Assembly: GCA_002269645.1 (NCBI GenBank)
Contig: NIVC01001816.1
Coordinates: 124,001-188,000 of the forward strand
DNA from: Macrostomum lignano
Lineage: Eukaryota
Direction: 5' to 3'
Length of the DNA stretch: 64,000 bases
This document shows positions 31,905 through 46,225 of this stretch, one piece after another; positions within the stretch are counted from its first letter, which is position 1, and every line of letters begins with the position of its first letter. The translations under genes were made by a program, and so were the position numbers. The notes below the pieces were generated by a model. It did not search any database, was not told the origin of the DNA, and worked only from the letters and a program-made list of their open reading frames with translations.

Positions 31905-32712
31905 GAGGCTTCTATGATTTTTTCATGACGCTTCTATGATTTTTACATGACGCTTCTATGATTTCTTACATGACGCTTCTACGATTTTTAAGATGACGCT
32001 TCTATGATTTTTTAAATGACGCTTCTATGATTGTTTACATGGCGCTTCTATGATTGTTTACATGACGCTTCTATGATTGTTTACATGACGCTTCTATGAT
32101 TTTTTACATGACGCTTCTATGATTGTTTACATGACGCTTCTATGATTGTTTACATGACGCTTCTATGATTGTTTACATGACGCTTCTATGATTTTTTACA
32201 TGACGCTTCTATGATTGTTTACATGACGCTTCTATGATTTTTTAAATGACGCTTCTATGATTGTTTACATGGCGCTTCTATGATTGTTTACATGACGCTT
32301 CTATGATTTTTTAAATGACGCTTCTATGATTTTTTCATGACGCTGCTACGATTTTTTACATGACGCTTCTATGATTGTTTAAATGACGCTTCTATGATTG
32401 TTTACATGACGCTTCTATGATTGTTTACATGACGCTTCTATGATTGTTTACATGACGCTTCTATGATTGTTTACATGACGCTTCTATGATTGTTTACATG
32501 ACGCTTCTATGATTTTTTACATGACGCTTCTATGATTGTTTACATGACGCTTCTATGATTTTTTAAATGACGCTTCTATGATTGTTTACATGACGCTTCT
32601 ATGATTGTTTACATGACGCTTCTATGATTTTTATACGATGCTTCTATGATTTTTTAAATGACGCATCTATGATTTTTATATGACGCTTCTATGATTTTTA
32701 CATGACGCTTCT
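31905..32712. repeat. 20-22-bp satellite (CATGACGCTTCTATGATTTTTA) in unit A
   Basis: Directly visible. Confidence 0.95.
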
Positions 32713-33301
32713 TTTTAAAAAGTCTTTTAGTTTTCCTGACGTTGAAAAGCTTTAATTGAAAAAATTATATTCTATGAAAATTCGAACCATCGTCGCTGCA
32801 TTTATCAAATTTTGCACATATATATATAATTCAACAGTTTAAAATCCAAGCATAGAGTAAATCACACGAAGCAGTTATGACATAATCAGTTTCTCAGTCA
32901 GTCAGTATCAGTTAACAATATGGTTACGCAATTTAAATCAAGTCTGGTGCTAGGCTTCCACACTGCATTTTCAATTCAAGTCAGAGTTACAATTCAGTTA
33001 TGATGCAATCTATTTCAGAGTCAGAATTCAACCAGTCAGTTTTTTCTCTAGCATTCTTACAATGCATTTCAAGTCAAAAAGTTTGCTTGACCTTTGCAAA
33101 AAAGCATGTTTTTCGAATATTTAATGCCTCTAGCATTGAGCAATTTCTTAGCCACGATGCATGTACCGTCACGGGAAAATTTCTGATCGAACAGTGCAAG
33201 TTCGAACAAAATCGGTCCAGCCATTTTTTCTCTAATCGATCACATAGATAGATAGATAGATAGATAGATAGACACAGACAGACCATTTTTAGTATATAGG
33301 A

Positions 33302-36300
33302 CTAGCAATCTACGCCCCCCGTTGGGGAGCCAAAGAAATGCAATAGCTACACGTTTTTTTAATAAGCTACATGTATCCTTGAAATCTTAAAAAATCTCCT
33401 GTCAAACCTTGTAAGCCTTGACATGTCAGTAATTCCCCACCACAAGCTTTAACATATCAACTCCCCCCCTTGACATCTCAGCAATGCCCCCAATAAGCCT
33501 TGGAAATCTAAAAAATCTGTCAACCTTCTAACCCTAACCCTAGCCTAACCCTAACCCTAACCCTAACCCTAACCCTAACCCTAACCCTAACCTAACCCTA
33601 AAGCATTGACATTTCAGTAATTCTCTCTAAGAGTCATTATAGCACTGCTACAGCATTATAGCGATTTCCTGCAAGCCTCGACATCGTAGGGATTCCCAAA
33701 TGAATCTCTTAACTTCGACATGAAGCTTCTTTTATTTTTTACATTACGCTTTTTTTATCAGCAATCCCTCCCCTGAGGAGGCATCAAATAATGTAATAAA
33801 AAGTTTTCAATAAACTTTACATGATTGTTTACATGTAGCTTCTGACTTTAGCTTTGAAATCTCATTTATACCCCCGTGAGCCTTGACATCTCAGCTATTC
33901 CCCCCGTAAGCCTTGACATGTCAGCGATGGCCTCCATAAACCTTGAAATCTGAAAAATTCCCCGTTAACCTTGAAACCCGATAAAATATAACCCTCAACC
34001 CACACCTGACCTAAACCTAACTTTAACCCAACCTAAAGCCTTGAATCTCAGCAATTCTTCTCCCTCCAAGCTTTGACATCATAGCAATTCCCAAATAAAT
34101 CTTTTAACTTCGACATGACTTTTCTTTTATGTATTACATAGTGCTACTTTTATTTTTTACATGACTCTTCTTCTATCAGCGACCCCCCCGTGGCGAGCCA
34201 AAAAAGAATGTAATAAAAAAATTGAGTAAAGTACATGAACTTTGAAGTAGCTTCTGACTTTTGCTTTGACATCTCAGCAACCCCCCCCCGTAATCTCAGT
34301 TATTCTCTGAGAGCCTTTGCGTCTCAGTTTTTCTCCCCAGCACAGCTTATAGCTGCATTTATTTTTACATGACACCCTTCATGTCTGACATGACGCTTCT
34401 TTTATTCTACCATGATGCTTCTTAATTTTTTAAATGACACTTTCCTTAGTTTTTAAATGAGGCTTCAATGATTTTTTCATGGCGCTTCTATGATTTTAAC
34501 ATGACGCTTCTATGATTTTTTACATGACGCTTCTATGATTTTTTCTTGACGCTTCTATAATTTTTACATGACGCTTCTATGATTTTTTACATGACGCTTC
34601 TATGATTGTTTACATGACGTTTCTCTGATTGTTTACATGACGCTTCTATGATTTTTTTAAATAACGCTTTCTATGATTTTTAAATGACGCTTCTACGATT
34701 TTTTACATGACGCTTCTATGATTGTTTACATGACGCTTCTATGATTTTTTACATGACGCTTCTATGATTTTTACATGACGCTTCTATGTTTTTTTACATG
34801 ACGCTTCTATGATTTTTACATGACGCTTCTATGATTTTTTACATGACGCTTCTATGATTGTTTACATGACGCTTCTATGATTGTTTACATGACGCATCTA
34901 TCATTTTTACATAACGCTTCTATGATTTTTACATGACGCTTCTACGATTTTTACATGACGCTTCTATGATTTTTTACATGACGCTACTATGATTTTTACA
35001 TGACGCTACTATGATTTTTACATGACGCTACTATGATTTTTACATGACGCTTTTATGATTTTTTACATGACGCTTTGATGATTTTTTACATGACGCTTCT
35101 ACGATTTTGGCAGGACGATTCTATGATTTTACACGACGCTTCTATGATTTTACATGACGCTTCTATGATTGTTTCATGACGCTTCTATGATTTTTACATG
35201 ACGCTTCTATGATTGTTTACATTCTTCTATGCTTGTTTACATGACGCTTCTATGATTGTTTAAATGACGCTTGAATGATTGTTTACATGACGCTTGAATG
35301 ATTGTTTACATGACGCTTTTATGATTTTTACATGGCGCTTCTATGATTGTTTCATGACGCTTCTATGATTGTTTACATGACGCTTCAAGGATTTTTTACA
35401 TGACGCTTCTACGATTTTGGCAGGACGATTCTATGACTTTACATGACGCTTCTATGATTTTTACATGACGCTTTTATGATTTTTACATGGCGCTTCTATG
35501 ATTGTTTACATGACGCTTCTATGATTGTTTACATGACGCTTCTAGGATTGTTTACATGACGATTCTAGGATTGTTTACATGACGCTTCTATGATTGTTTA
35601 CATGACGCTTCTATGATTTTTACATGACGCTTCTATGATTGTTTACATGACGCTTCTATGATTTTTACATGACGCTTCTATGATTTTTACATGACGCTTC
35701 TATGATTTTACATGACGCTTCTATGATTTTTTACATGACGCTTCTATGATTGTTTCATGACGCTTCTATGATTTTTACATGATGCTTCTACGATTTCTGC
35801 AGGACGCTTCTATGATTTTTACATGACGCTTCCATGATTTTTTACATGACACTTCTATGATTTTTTGCATGACGCTTCCATGATTTTTTCATGACGCTTC
35901 TGTGATTGTTTATTTGACGCTTCTATGCTTTTTATATGACGCTTCTATGATTGTTTACATGACGCTTCTATGCTTTTTATATGACGATTCTATGATTTTT
36001 ACATGACGCTTCTATGATTTTTACATGACGTTTCTATGATTTTTTCATGACGCTCCTATGTTTTTTTCATGACGCTTCTATGATTTTTTCATGACGCTTC
36101 TATGATTTTTACATGACGCTACTATGATTTTTACATGACGCTTCCATGATTTTTTTAATGAATCTTTTAACTTCGACATGACTTTTCTTTTATGTATTAC
36201 ATAGTGCTACTTTTATTTTTTACATGACTCTTCTTCTATCAGCGACCCCCCCGTGGCGAGCCAAAAAAGAATGTAATAAAAAAATTGAGTAAAGTACATG

Positions 36301-39300
36301 AACTTTGAAGTAGCTTCTGACTTTTGCTTTGACATCTCAGCAACCCCCCCCCCGTAATCTCAGTTATTCTCTGAGAGCCTTTGCGTCTCAGTTTTTCTCC
36401 CCAGCACAGCTTATAGCTGCATTTATTTTTACATGACACCCTTCATGTCTGACATGACGCTTCTTTTATTCTACCATGATGCTTCTTAACTTTTTAAATG
36501 ACACTTTCCTTAGTTTTTAAATGAGGCTTCAATGATTTTTTCATGGCGCTTCTATGATTTTAACATGACGCTTCTATGATTTTTTACATGACGCTTCTAT
36601 GATTTTTTCTTGACGCTTCTATAATTTTTACATGACGCTTCTATGATTTTTTACATGACGCTTCTATGATTGTTTACATGACGTTTCTCTGATTGTTTAC
36701 ATGACGCTTCTATGATTTTTTTAAATAACGCTTTCTATGATTTTTAAATGACGCTTCTACGATTTTTTACATGACGCTTCTATGATTGTTTACATGACGC
36801 TTCTATGATTTTTTACATGACGCTTCTATGATTTTTACATGACGCTTCTATGTTTTTTTACATGACGCTTCTATGATTTTTACATGACGCTTCTATGATT
36901 TTTTACATGACGCTTCTATGATTGTTTACATGACGCTTCTATGATTGTTTACATGACGCATCTATCATTTTTACATAACGCTTCTATGATTTTTACATGA
37001 CGCTTCTACGATTTTTACATGACGCTTCTATGATTTTTTACATGACGCTACTATGATTTTTACATGACGCTACTATGATTTTTACATGACGCTACTATGA
37101 TTTTTACATGACGCTTTTATGATTTTTACATGACGCTTTGATGATTTTTTACATGACGCTTCTACGATTTTGGCAGGACGATTCTATGATTTTACACGAC
37201 GCTTCTATGATTTTACATGACGCTTCTATGATTGTTTCATGACGCTTCTATGATTTTTACATGACGCTTCTATGATTGTTTACATTCTTCTATGCTTGTT
37301 TACATGACGCTTCTATGATTGTTTAAATGACGCTTGAATGATTGTTTACATGACGCTTGAATGATTGTTTACATGACGCTTTTATGATTTTTACATGGCG
37401 CTTCTATGATTGTTTCATGACGCTTCTATGATTGTTTACATGACGCTTCAAGGATTTTTTACATGACGCTTCTACGATTTTGGCAGGACGATTCTATGAC
37501 TTTACATGACGCTTCTATGATTTTTACATGACGCTTTTATGATTTTTACATGGCGCTTCTATGATTGTTTACATGACGCTTCTATGATTGTTTACATGAC
37601 GCTTCTAGGATTGTTTACATGACGATTCTAGGATTGTTTACATGACGCTTCTATGATTGTTTACATGACGCTTCTATGATTTTTACATGACGCTTCTATG
37701 ATTGTTTACATGACGCTTCTATGATTTTTACATGACGCTTCTATGATTTTTACATGACGCTTCTATGATTTTACATGACGCTTCTATGATTTTTTACATG
37801 ACGCTTCTATGATTGTTTCATGACGCTTCTATGATTTTTACATGATGCTTCTACGATTTCTGCAGGACGCTTCTATGATTTTTACATGACGCTTCCATGA
37901 TTTTTTACATGACACTTCTATGATTTTTTGCATGACGCTTCCATGATTTTTTCATGACGCTTCTGTGATTGTTTATTTGACGCTTCTATGCTTTTTATAT
38001 GACGCTTCTATGATTGTTTACATGACGCTTCTATGCTTTTTATATGACGATTCTATGATTTTTACATGACGCTTCTATGATTTTTACATGACGTTTCTAT
38101 GATTTTTTCATGACGCTCCTATGTTTTTTTCATGACGCTTCTATGATTTTTTCATGACGCTTCTATGATTTTTACATGACGCTACTATGATTTTTACATG
38201 ACGCTTCCATGATTTTTTTAATGAATCTTTTAACTTCGACATGACTTTTCTTTTATGTATTACATAGTGCTACTTTTATTTTTTACATGACTCTTCTTCT
38301 ATCAGCGACCCCCCCGTGGCGAGCCAAAAAAGAATGTAATAAAAAAATTGAGTAAAGTACATGAACTTTGAAGTAGCTTCTGACTTTTGCTTTGACATCT
38401 CAGCAACCCCCCCCCGTAATCTCAGTTATTCTCTGAGAGCCTTTGCGTCTCAGTTTTTCTCCCCAGCACAGCTTATAGCTGCATTTATTTTTACATGACA
38501 CCCTTCATGTCTGACATGACGCTTCTTTTATTCTACCATGATGCTTCTTAACTTTTTAAATGACACTTTCCTTAGTTTTTAAATGAGGCTTCAATGATTT
38601 TTTCATGGCGCTTCTATGATTTTAACATGACGCTTCTATGATTTTTTACATGACGCTTCTATGATTTTTTCTTGACGCTTCTATAATTTTTACATGACGC
38701 TTCTATGATTTTTTACATGACGCTTCTATGATTGTTTACATGACGTTTCTCTGATTGTTTACATGACGCTTCTATGATTTTTTTAAATAACGCTTTCTAT
38801 GATTTTTAAATGACGCTTCTACGATTTTTTACATGACGCTTCTATGATTGTTTACATGACGCTTCTATGATTTTTTACATGACGATTCTAGGATTGTTTA
38901 CATGACGCTTCTATGATTGTTTACATGACGCTTCTATGATTTTTACATGACGCTTCTATGATTGTTTACATGACGCTTCTATGATTTTTACATGACGCTT
39001 CTATGATTTTTACATGACGCTTCTATGATTTTTACATGACGCTTTTATGATTTTTTACATGACGCTTCTACGATTTTGGCAGGACGATTCTATGACTTTA
39101 CATGACGCTTCTATGATTTTTACATGACGCTACTATGATTTTTACATGACGCTACTATGATTTTTACATGACGCTTTTATGATTTTTTACATGACGCTTT
39201 GATGATTTTTTACATGACGCTTCTACGATTTTGGCAGGACGATTCTATGATTTTACACGACGCTTCTATGATTTTACATGACGCTTCTATGATTGTTTCA

Positions 39301-42300
39301 TGACGCTTCTATGATTTTTACATGACGCTTCTATGATTGTTTACATTCTTCTATGCTTGTTTACATGACGCTTCTATGATTGTTTAAATGACGCTTGAAT
39401 GATTGTTTACATGACGCTTGAATGATTGTTTACATGACGCTTTTATGATTTTTACATGGCGCTTCTATGATTGTTTCATGACGCTTCTATGATTGTTTAC
39501 ATGACGCTTCAAGGATTTTTTACATGACGCTTCTACGATTTTGGCAGGACGATTCTATGACTTTACATGACGCTTCTATGATTTTTACATGACGCTTTTA
39601 TGATTTTTACATGGCGCTTCTATGATTGTTTACATGACGCTTCTATGATTGTTTACATGACGCTTCTAGGATTGTTTACATGACGATTCTAGGATTGTTT
39701 ACATGACGCTTCTATGATTGTTTACATGACGCTTCTATGATTTTTACATGACGCTTCTATGATTGTTTACATGACGCTTCTATGATTTTTACATGACGCT
39801 TCTATGATTTTTACATGACGCTTCTATGATTTTACATGACGCTTCTATGATTTTTTACATGACGCTTCTATGATTGTTTCATGACGCTTCTATGATTTTT
39901 ACATGATGCTTCTACGATTTCTGCAGGACGCTTCTATGATTTTTACATGACGCTTCCATGATTTTTTACATGACACTTCTATGATTTTTTGCATGACGCT
40001 TCCATGATTTTTTCATGACGCTTCTGTGATTGTTTATTTGACGCTTCTATGCTTTTTATATGACGCTTCTATGATTGTTTACATGACGCTTCTATGCTTT
40101 TTATATGACGATTCTATGATTTTTACATGACGCTTCTATGATTTTTACATGACGTTTCTATGATTTTTTCATGACGCTCCTATGTTTTTTTCATGACGCT
40201 TCTATGATTTTTTCATGACGCTTCTATGATTTTTACATGACGTTTCTCTGATTGTTTACATGACGCTTCTATGATTTTTTTAAATAACGCTTTCTATGAT
40301 TTTTAAATGACGCTTCTACGATTTTTTACATAACGCTTCTATGATTGTTTACATGACGCTTCTATGATTTTTTACATGACGATTCTAGGATTGTTTACAT
40401 GACGCTTCTATGATTGTTTACATGACGCTTCTATGATTTTTACATGACGCTTCTATGATTGTTTACATGACGCTTCTATGATTTTTACATGACGCTTCTA
40501 TGATTTTTACATGACGCTTCTATGATTTTTACATGACGCTTTTATGATTTTTTACATGACGCTTCTACGATTTTGGTAGGACGATTCTATGACTTTACAT
40601 GACGCTTCTATGATTGTTTACATGACGCTACTATGATTTTTACATGACGCTACTATGATTTTTACATGACGCTTTTATGATTTTTTACATGACGCTTTGA
40701 TGATTTTTTACATGACGCTTCTACGATTTTGGCAGGACGATTCTATGATTTTACACGACGCTTCTATGATTTTACATGACGCTTCTATGATTGTTTCATG
40801 ACGCTTCTATGATTTTTACATGACGCTTCTATGATTGTTTACATTCTTCTATGCTTGTTTACATGACGCTTCTATGATTGTTTAAATGACGCTTGAATGA
40901 TTGTTTACATGACGCTTGAATGATTGTTTACATGACGCTTTTATGATTTTTACATGGCGCTTCTATGATTGTTTCATGACGCTTCTATGATTGTTTACAT
41001 GACGCTTCAAGGATTTTTTACATGACGCTTCTACGATTTTGGCAGGACGATTCTATGACTTTACATGACGCTTCTATGATTTTTACATGACGCTTTTATG
41101 ATTTTTACATGGCGCTTCTATGATTGTTTACATGACGCTTCTATGATTGTTTACATGACGCTTCTAGGATTGTTTACATGACGATTCTATGATTGTTTAC
41201 ATGACGCTTCTATGATTGTTTACATGACGCTTCTATGATTTTTACATGACGCTTCTATGATTGTTTACATGACGCATCTATCATTTTTACATAACGCTTC
41301 TATGATTTTTACATGACGCTTCTACGATTTTTACATGACGCTTCTATGATTTTTTACATGACGCTTTACGATTTTGGCAGGACGATTCTATGACTTTACA
41401 TGACGCTTCTATGATTTTTACATGACGCTTTTATGATTTTTACATGGCGCTTCTATGATTGTTTACATGACGCTTCTATGATTGTTTACATGACGCTTCT
41501 AGGATTGTTTACATGACGATTCTAGGATTGTTTACATGACGCTTCTATGATTGTTTACATGACGCTTCTATGATTTTTACATGACGCTTCTATGATTGTT
41601 TACATGACGCTTCTATGATTTTTACATGACGCTTCTATGATTTTTACATGACGCTTCTATGATTTTACATGACGCTTCTATGATTTTTTACATGACGCTT
41701 CTATGATTGTTTCATGACGCTTCTATGATTTTTACATGATGCTTCTACGATTTCTGCAGGACGCTTCTATGATTTTTACATGACGCTTCCATGATTTTTT
41801 ACATGACACTTCTATGATTTTTTGCATGACGCTTCCATGATTTTTTCATGACGCTTCTGTGATTGTTTATTTGACGCTTCTATGCTTTTTATATGACGCT
41901 TCTATGATTGTTTACATGACGCTTCTATGCTTTTTATATGACGATTCTATGATTTTTACATGACGCTTCTATGATTTTTACATGACGTTTCTATGATTTT
42001 TCATGACGCTCCTATGTTTTTTTCATGACGCTTCTATGATTTTTTCATGACGCTTCTATGATTTTTACATGACGCTACTATGATTTTTACATGACGCTTC
42101 CATGATTTTTTACATGACGCTTCTATGCTTTTTACATGACGCTTCTATGATTATTTCATGACGCTTCTACGATATCTGCAGGACGCTTCTATGATTGTTT
42201 ACATGACGCTTCTATGATTTTTACATGACGCTTCTATGATTTTTTTATGACGCTCCTATGTTTTTTTCATGACGCTTCTATGATTTTTTCATGACGCTTC

Positions 42301-43540
42301 TATGATTTTTTACATGACGCTACTATGATTTTTACATGACGCTTCTATGATTTTTTACATGACGCTTCCATGATTTTTTACATGACACTTCTATGATTTT
42401 TTCATGACGCTTCTATGATTTTTACATGACGCTTCTATGATTTTTACATGACGCTTCTATGATTTTTACATGACGCTTCTATGATTTTTTACATGACGCT
42501 TCCATGATTTTTTACATGACACTTCTATGATTTTTTCATGACGCTTCTATGATTTTTACATGACGCTTCCATGATTTTTTACATGACACTTCTATGATTT
42601 TTTGCATGACGCTTCCCTGATTGTTTACATGACGCTTCTATGATTTTTTACATGACGCTTCTATGATTGTTTACATGACGCTTCTATGATTTTTTACATG
42701 ACGCTTCTATGATTGTTTACATGACGCTTCTATGATTTTTTACATGACGCTTCTATGATTGTTTACATGACGCTTCTATGATTTTTTACATGACGCTTCT
42801 ATGATTTTTACATGATGCTTCTACGATTTCTGCAGGACGCTTCTATGATTTTTTCATGACGCTCCTATGATTTTTTCATGACGCTTCCATGATTTTTTAC
42901 ATGACGCTTCTATGATTTTTTTACATGACGCTTCTATGATTTTTTAGTTTTCTTCTTGGTGTTAAAAAGCTTTAATTAAAAAAATTCCACTCTCTCAAAA
43001 TTTGAACCATCGTCCCTGCATTTAGCAGTCAGTCTGTTTACCTCTAGGCTAGCTCTCATCGTTTTGATAACATGAATTTTAGCACTTATAATTATAAGTT
43101 TCAAAACTCCAAGCATGGAGTAAATCACACGAGGCAGTTATGACATAATCAATTTCTCAGTCAGTCAGTATCAGTTAACAATATGGTTACGCAATTTAAA
43201 TCAAGTCTGGTGCTACGCTTCCACACTGCATTTTCAATTCAAGTCAGAGTTACAATTCAGTTATGATGCAATCTATTTCAGAATCAGAATTCAACCAGTC
43301 AGTTTTTTCTCTAGCATTCTTACAATGCATTTCAAGTCGAAAAGTTTGCTTGACCTTTGCAAAAAAGCATGTTTTTCGAATATTTAATCGCTTTAACATG
43401 GAGCAATTTCTTAGCCAAGATGCATGTACCGTCACGGGAAAATTTCTGATCAAACAGTGCGAGTCTCATGAAAATCGGTTAAGCCATTTTTTCTCTAATC
43501 GATTACAAGCAAGCAAGATTTTCATTTTTAGTATAAAGGA
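33302..43540 (-). mobile_element. Non-autonomous Helitron-like unit B, inflated to 10.2 kb by satellite
   Basis: Minus strand starts TCCTTTATACTAAAAATG and has the same 3' hairpin+CTAG as A. Shares ~430 bp of 5' and ~450 bp of 3' sequence with A. Confidence 0.75.
34101..42945. repeat. Same satellite in unit B with higher-order structure (2063-bp spacer+array blocks, plus ~1.5-kb duplication)
   Basis: Spacer beginning CTTTTAACTTCGACATGAC starts at 34101, 36164 and 38227. Diagnostic variant GACGTTTCTCTGATTG recurs at 38742 and 40239. Confidence 0.92.
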
Positions 43541-43918
43541 CTAGCAGGGGTAGGCTGTCTGCCAGCATCCAGAATTTTTATTATACCCCCCCCCCTTAAT
43601 TGGTTACGCAAGTTAAATAGAGTAATTATCTGGGCAGTGGGGCGGAGTGAGTTTTCTTATCAGTTGGCTCTGGCGCAATCATTAAAATTGGCAGTGAAGT
43701 TTCTCGCTGATAGAATTTTGCATTGAAAAAGCCCATTTAAAACAGTTTTTCGAATATTTAATCCCCTTAGCATTGAGCTAGAGCTTAATAAAATTACATG
43801 TACCGTCCCGGGCACATTTGACATCTTTTGGCGAAGAAACGGCGAAAATCGGTTGAGCCTTTCGGGAGATAATCGATTGCATACAAGCAAGCAAGATTTT
43901 CATTTTTAGTATATTAGA
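43541..43918 (-). mobile_element. Short Helitron-like unit C (378 bp)
   Basis: Minus strand starts TCTAATATACTAAAAATGAAAATCTTGCTTGCTTG (as in B) and ends CTAG. It has a different, weaker 3' hairpin (GCTG...CAGC) and no satellite. Confidence 0.6.
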
Positions 43919-44047
43919 CTAGCAATCTTCGCCCCCCATTGGGGGACATCTGGATAGAATCCTTGTTCTTTACAAATAACAAATAGACAGCGAAATAAAG
44001 CCTTCAAAAAACAACAAAATACATTCCCTCTAAAAACAAAACATCCC

Positions 44048-44650
44048 AAGACAGCAAGCATCCTCAGACAGCATTCAAGCATCGATCCCCAAATAGCAAG
44101 CATCCCCCAGACTGCAAGCATTCCCCAGGTAGCAAGCAACCCAAGATAGCAAGCATCCCCAGATAGCAAGCATTCCCCCAGACCCCAGATAGTAAGCATC
44201 CCGTAGACAGCAAGCATCCCCCAGATAGCAAGCATCCCCCAGATAGCAAGCATCCCCCCGATAGCAAGCATCCCCCGATAGCAAGCATCCCCCGATAGCA
44301 AGCAACCCCAGATAGCAAGCATCCCCAGATAGCAAGCATTCCCCGGACCCCAGATAGTAAACATCCCCCAGACAGCAAGCATCCCGCAGATAGCAAGCAT
44401 CTCCCAGATAGCAAGCATCCCCCCGATAGCAAGCAACGCCAGATAGCAAGCATCCCGCAGATAGCAAGCATTCCCCAGATCGCAAGCATCCCCCAGACAG
44501 CAAGCAACCCCTGATAGCAAGCATAACCTCGATACAAAGATACCTTATAGATATCTAGCAACCCCCTCTCAGATAGCAAATACCCTCCACCCACAAGAGC
44601 AAGCATCCCCCTGTAAGCAAGTATCCATCCTTAAATAGCAAGCATCCACC
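44048..44650. repeat. ~19-20-bp minisatellite (GATAGCAAGCATCCCCCA) in unit D
   Basis: Directly visible; source of the MLAIWG ORFs. Confidence 0.92.
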
Positions 44651-44689
44651 AGAGAACAAGTAGCTAGTTCTTAGCTTTATAATGGTTCC

Positions 44690-46225
44690 ATTTTGTTTGG
44701 CATGACACTTCTCTTATGTTTGAAATGGGGTCTCTTTTTTGTTTAAAAAGGGGGCTCTTTAATGTTTGACATGGTAGCTCTTCTATGTTTGACGTGGTAG
44801 CTCTTTTGTGTTTGACATGATAGCTCTTTAATGTTTGACATGATAGCTCTTTAATGTTTGACATGGTGGCTCTTTTATGTTTGACATAATGGCTCTTTAA
44901 TGTTTGACAAGGTGGCTGTTTTATATTTGACATGGTGGCTCTTTAATGTTCGCCATGGTGGCTCTTTAATGTTTGACATGGTGGCCCTTTAATGTTCGAC
45001 ATGGTAGCTCTTTAATGTTTGACATGGTGGCTCTTTAATGTTCGCCATGGCGGCTCTGTTATGTTTCACATGAAGTCACGTATACGTTTGACATAGTGTC
45101 TCTTCTATGTTTGACATGGTGGCTATTTTGTGTTTGACATGATAGCTCTTTAATGTTTGACATGGTGGCTCTTTAATGTTTGACATGGAGTCACATATAT
45201 TTTTGACATAATGGCTCTTTTATGTTTGACATGGTGGCTATTTTGTGTTTGACATGGTGGCTCTTTTATGTTTGAGATGGTGGCTCTTTTATGTTCGCCA
45301 AGGTGGCTCTTTAATGTTTGACATGGTGGCACTTTTATGTTTGACATGGTGGCTCTTTTTTGTTCGCCATGGTGGCTCTTTAATGTTTGACATGGTGGCT
45401 CTTTAATGTTCGCCATGGTGGTTCTTCTATGTTTGACTTGGTGGCTCTTTTATGTTTGGCATGGTGGCATGGCTCTTTTATGTTTGAGATGGTGGCTTAT
45501 TTATGTTCGCCAAGGTGGCTCTTTAATGTTTGACATGGTGGCTCTTTAATGTTCGCCATGGTGGCTCTTCTATGTTTGACTTGGTGGCTCTTTTATGTTT
45601 GGCATGGTGGCTTTTTTATGTTTGAGATGGTGGCTTATTTATGTTTGCCAAGGTGGCTCTTTAATGTTTGACATGGTGGCCCTTTTATGTTTGACATGAT
45701 GGCTCTTTAATGTTTGACAAGGTGGCTCTTTTATATTTGACATGGTGGCTTTTTAATGTTCGACATGGTGGCTCTTTTATGTTTGACATGGTGGCTCTTT
45801 AATGTTCGACATGGCGGCTCTGTTATGTTTCACATGGAGTCACGTATACGTTTGACATAGTGTCTCTTCTATGTTTGACATGGTGGTTAATTTGTTTTTG
45901 ACATGATATCTCTTTAATGTTTGACATGGTGGCTCTTTAATGTTCGAAATGGCGGCTCTGTTATGTTTCACAGGGAGTCACGTATACGTTTGACATAGTG
46001 TCTCTTCTATGTTTGACAGGGTGGCTATTTTGTGTTTGACATGTTAGCTCTTTAATGTTTGACATGGTGGCTCTTTTATGTTTGACATGGTGGCTCTTTA
46101 TGTTTGAAATGGTGGCTCTTTTATGATTGACATGGTGGCTCTTTATGTTTGAAATGGTGGCTCTTTTATTTTTGAAATGGTGGCTATTCAATGTTTGACA
46201 TGGTGCCAATTTTATGTTTGACATT
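44690..46225. repeat. 21-22-bp satellite (TTTGACATGGTGGCTCTTTAATG) in unit D
   Basis: Directly visible; source of the TLKSHHVKH ORFs. Confidence 0.92.

Larger units (their letters stand above)
31180..33301 (-). mobile_element. Non-autonomous Helitron-like unit A
   Basis: Minus strand starts TCCTATATACTAAAAATG and ends with the hairpin GCTCCCCAACGGGGGGC, then GTAGATTG, then CTAG followed by T. Contains (GATA)n near the 5' end, a ~21-bp satellite and a CCCTAA tract. No Rep/helicase ORF. Confidence 0.75.

Noticed and set aside
31905-46225. Regular 20-40-bp repeats as CRISPR arrays
   Set aside because: Monomers are contiguous with no unique spacers, there are no cas genes, and the context is a spliceosomal eukaryotic genome.
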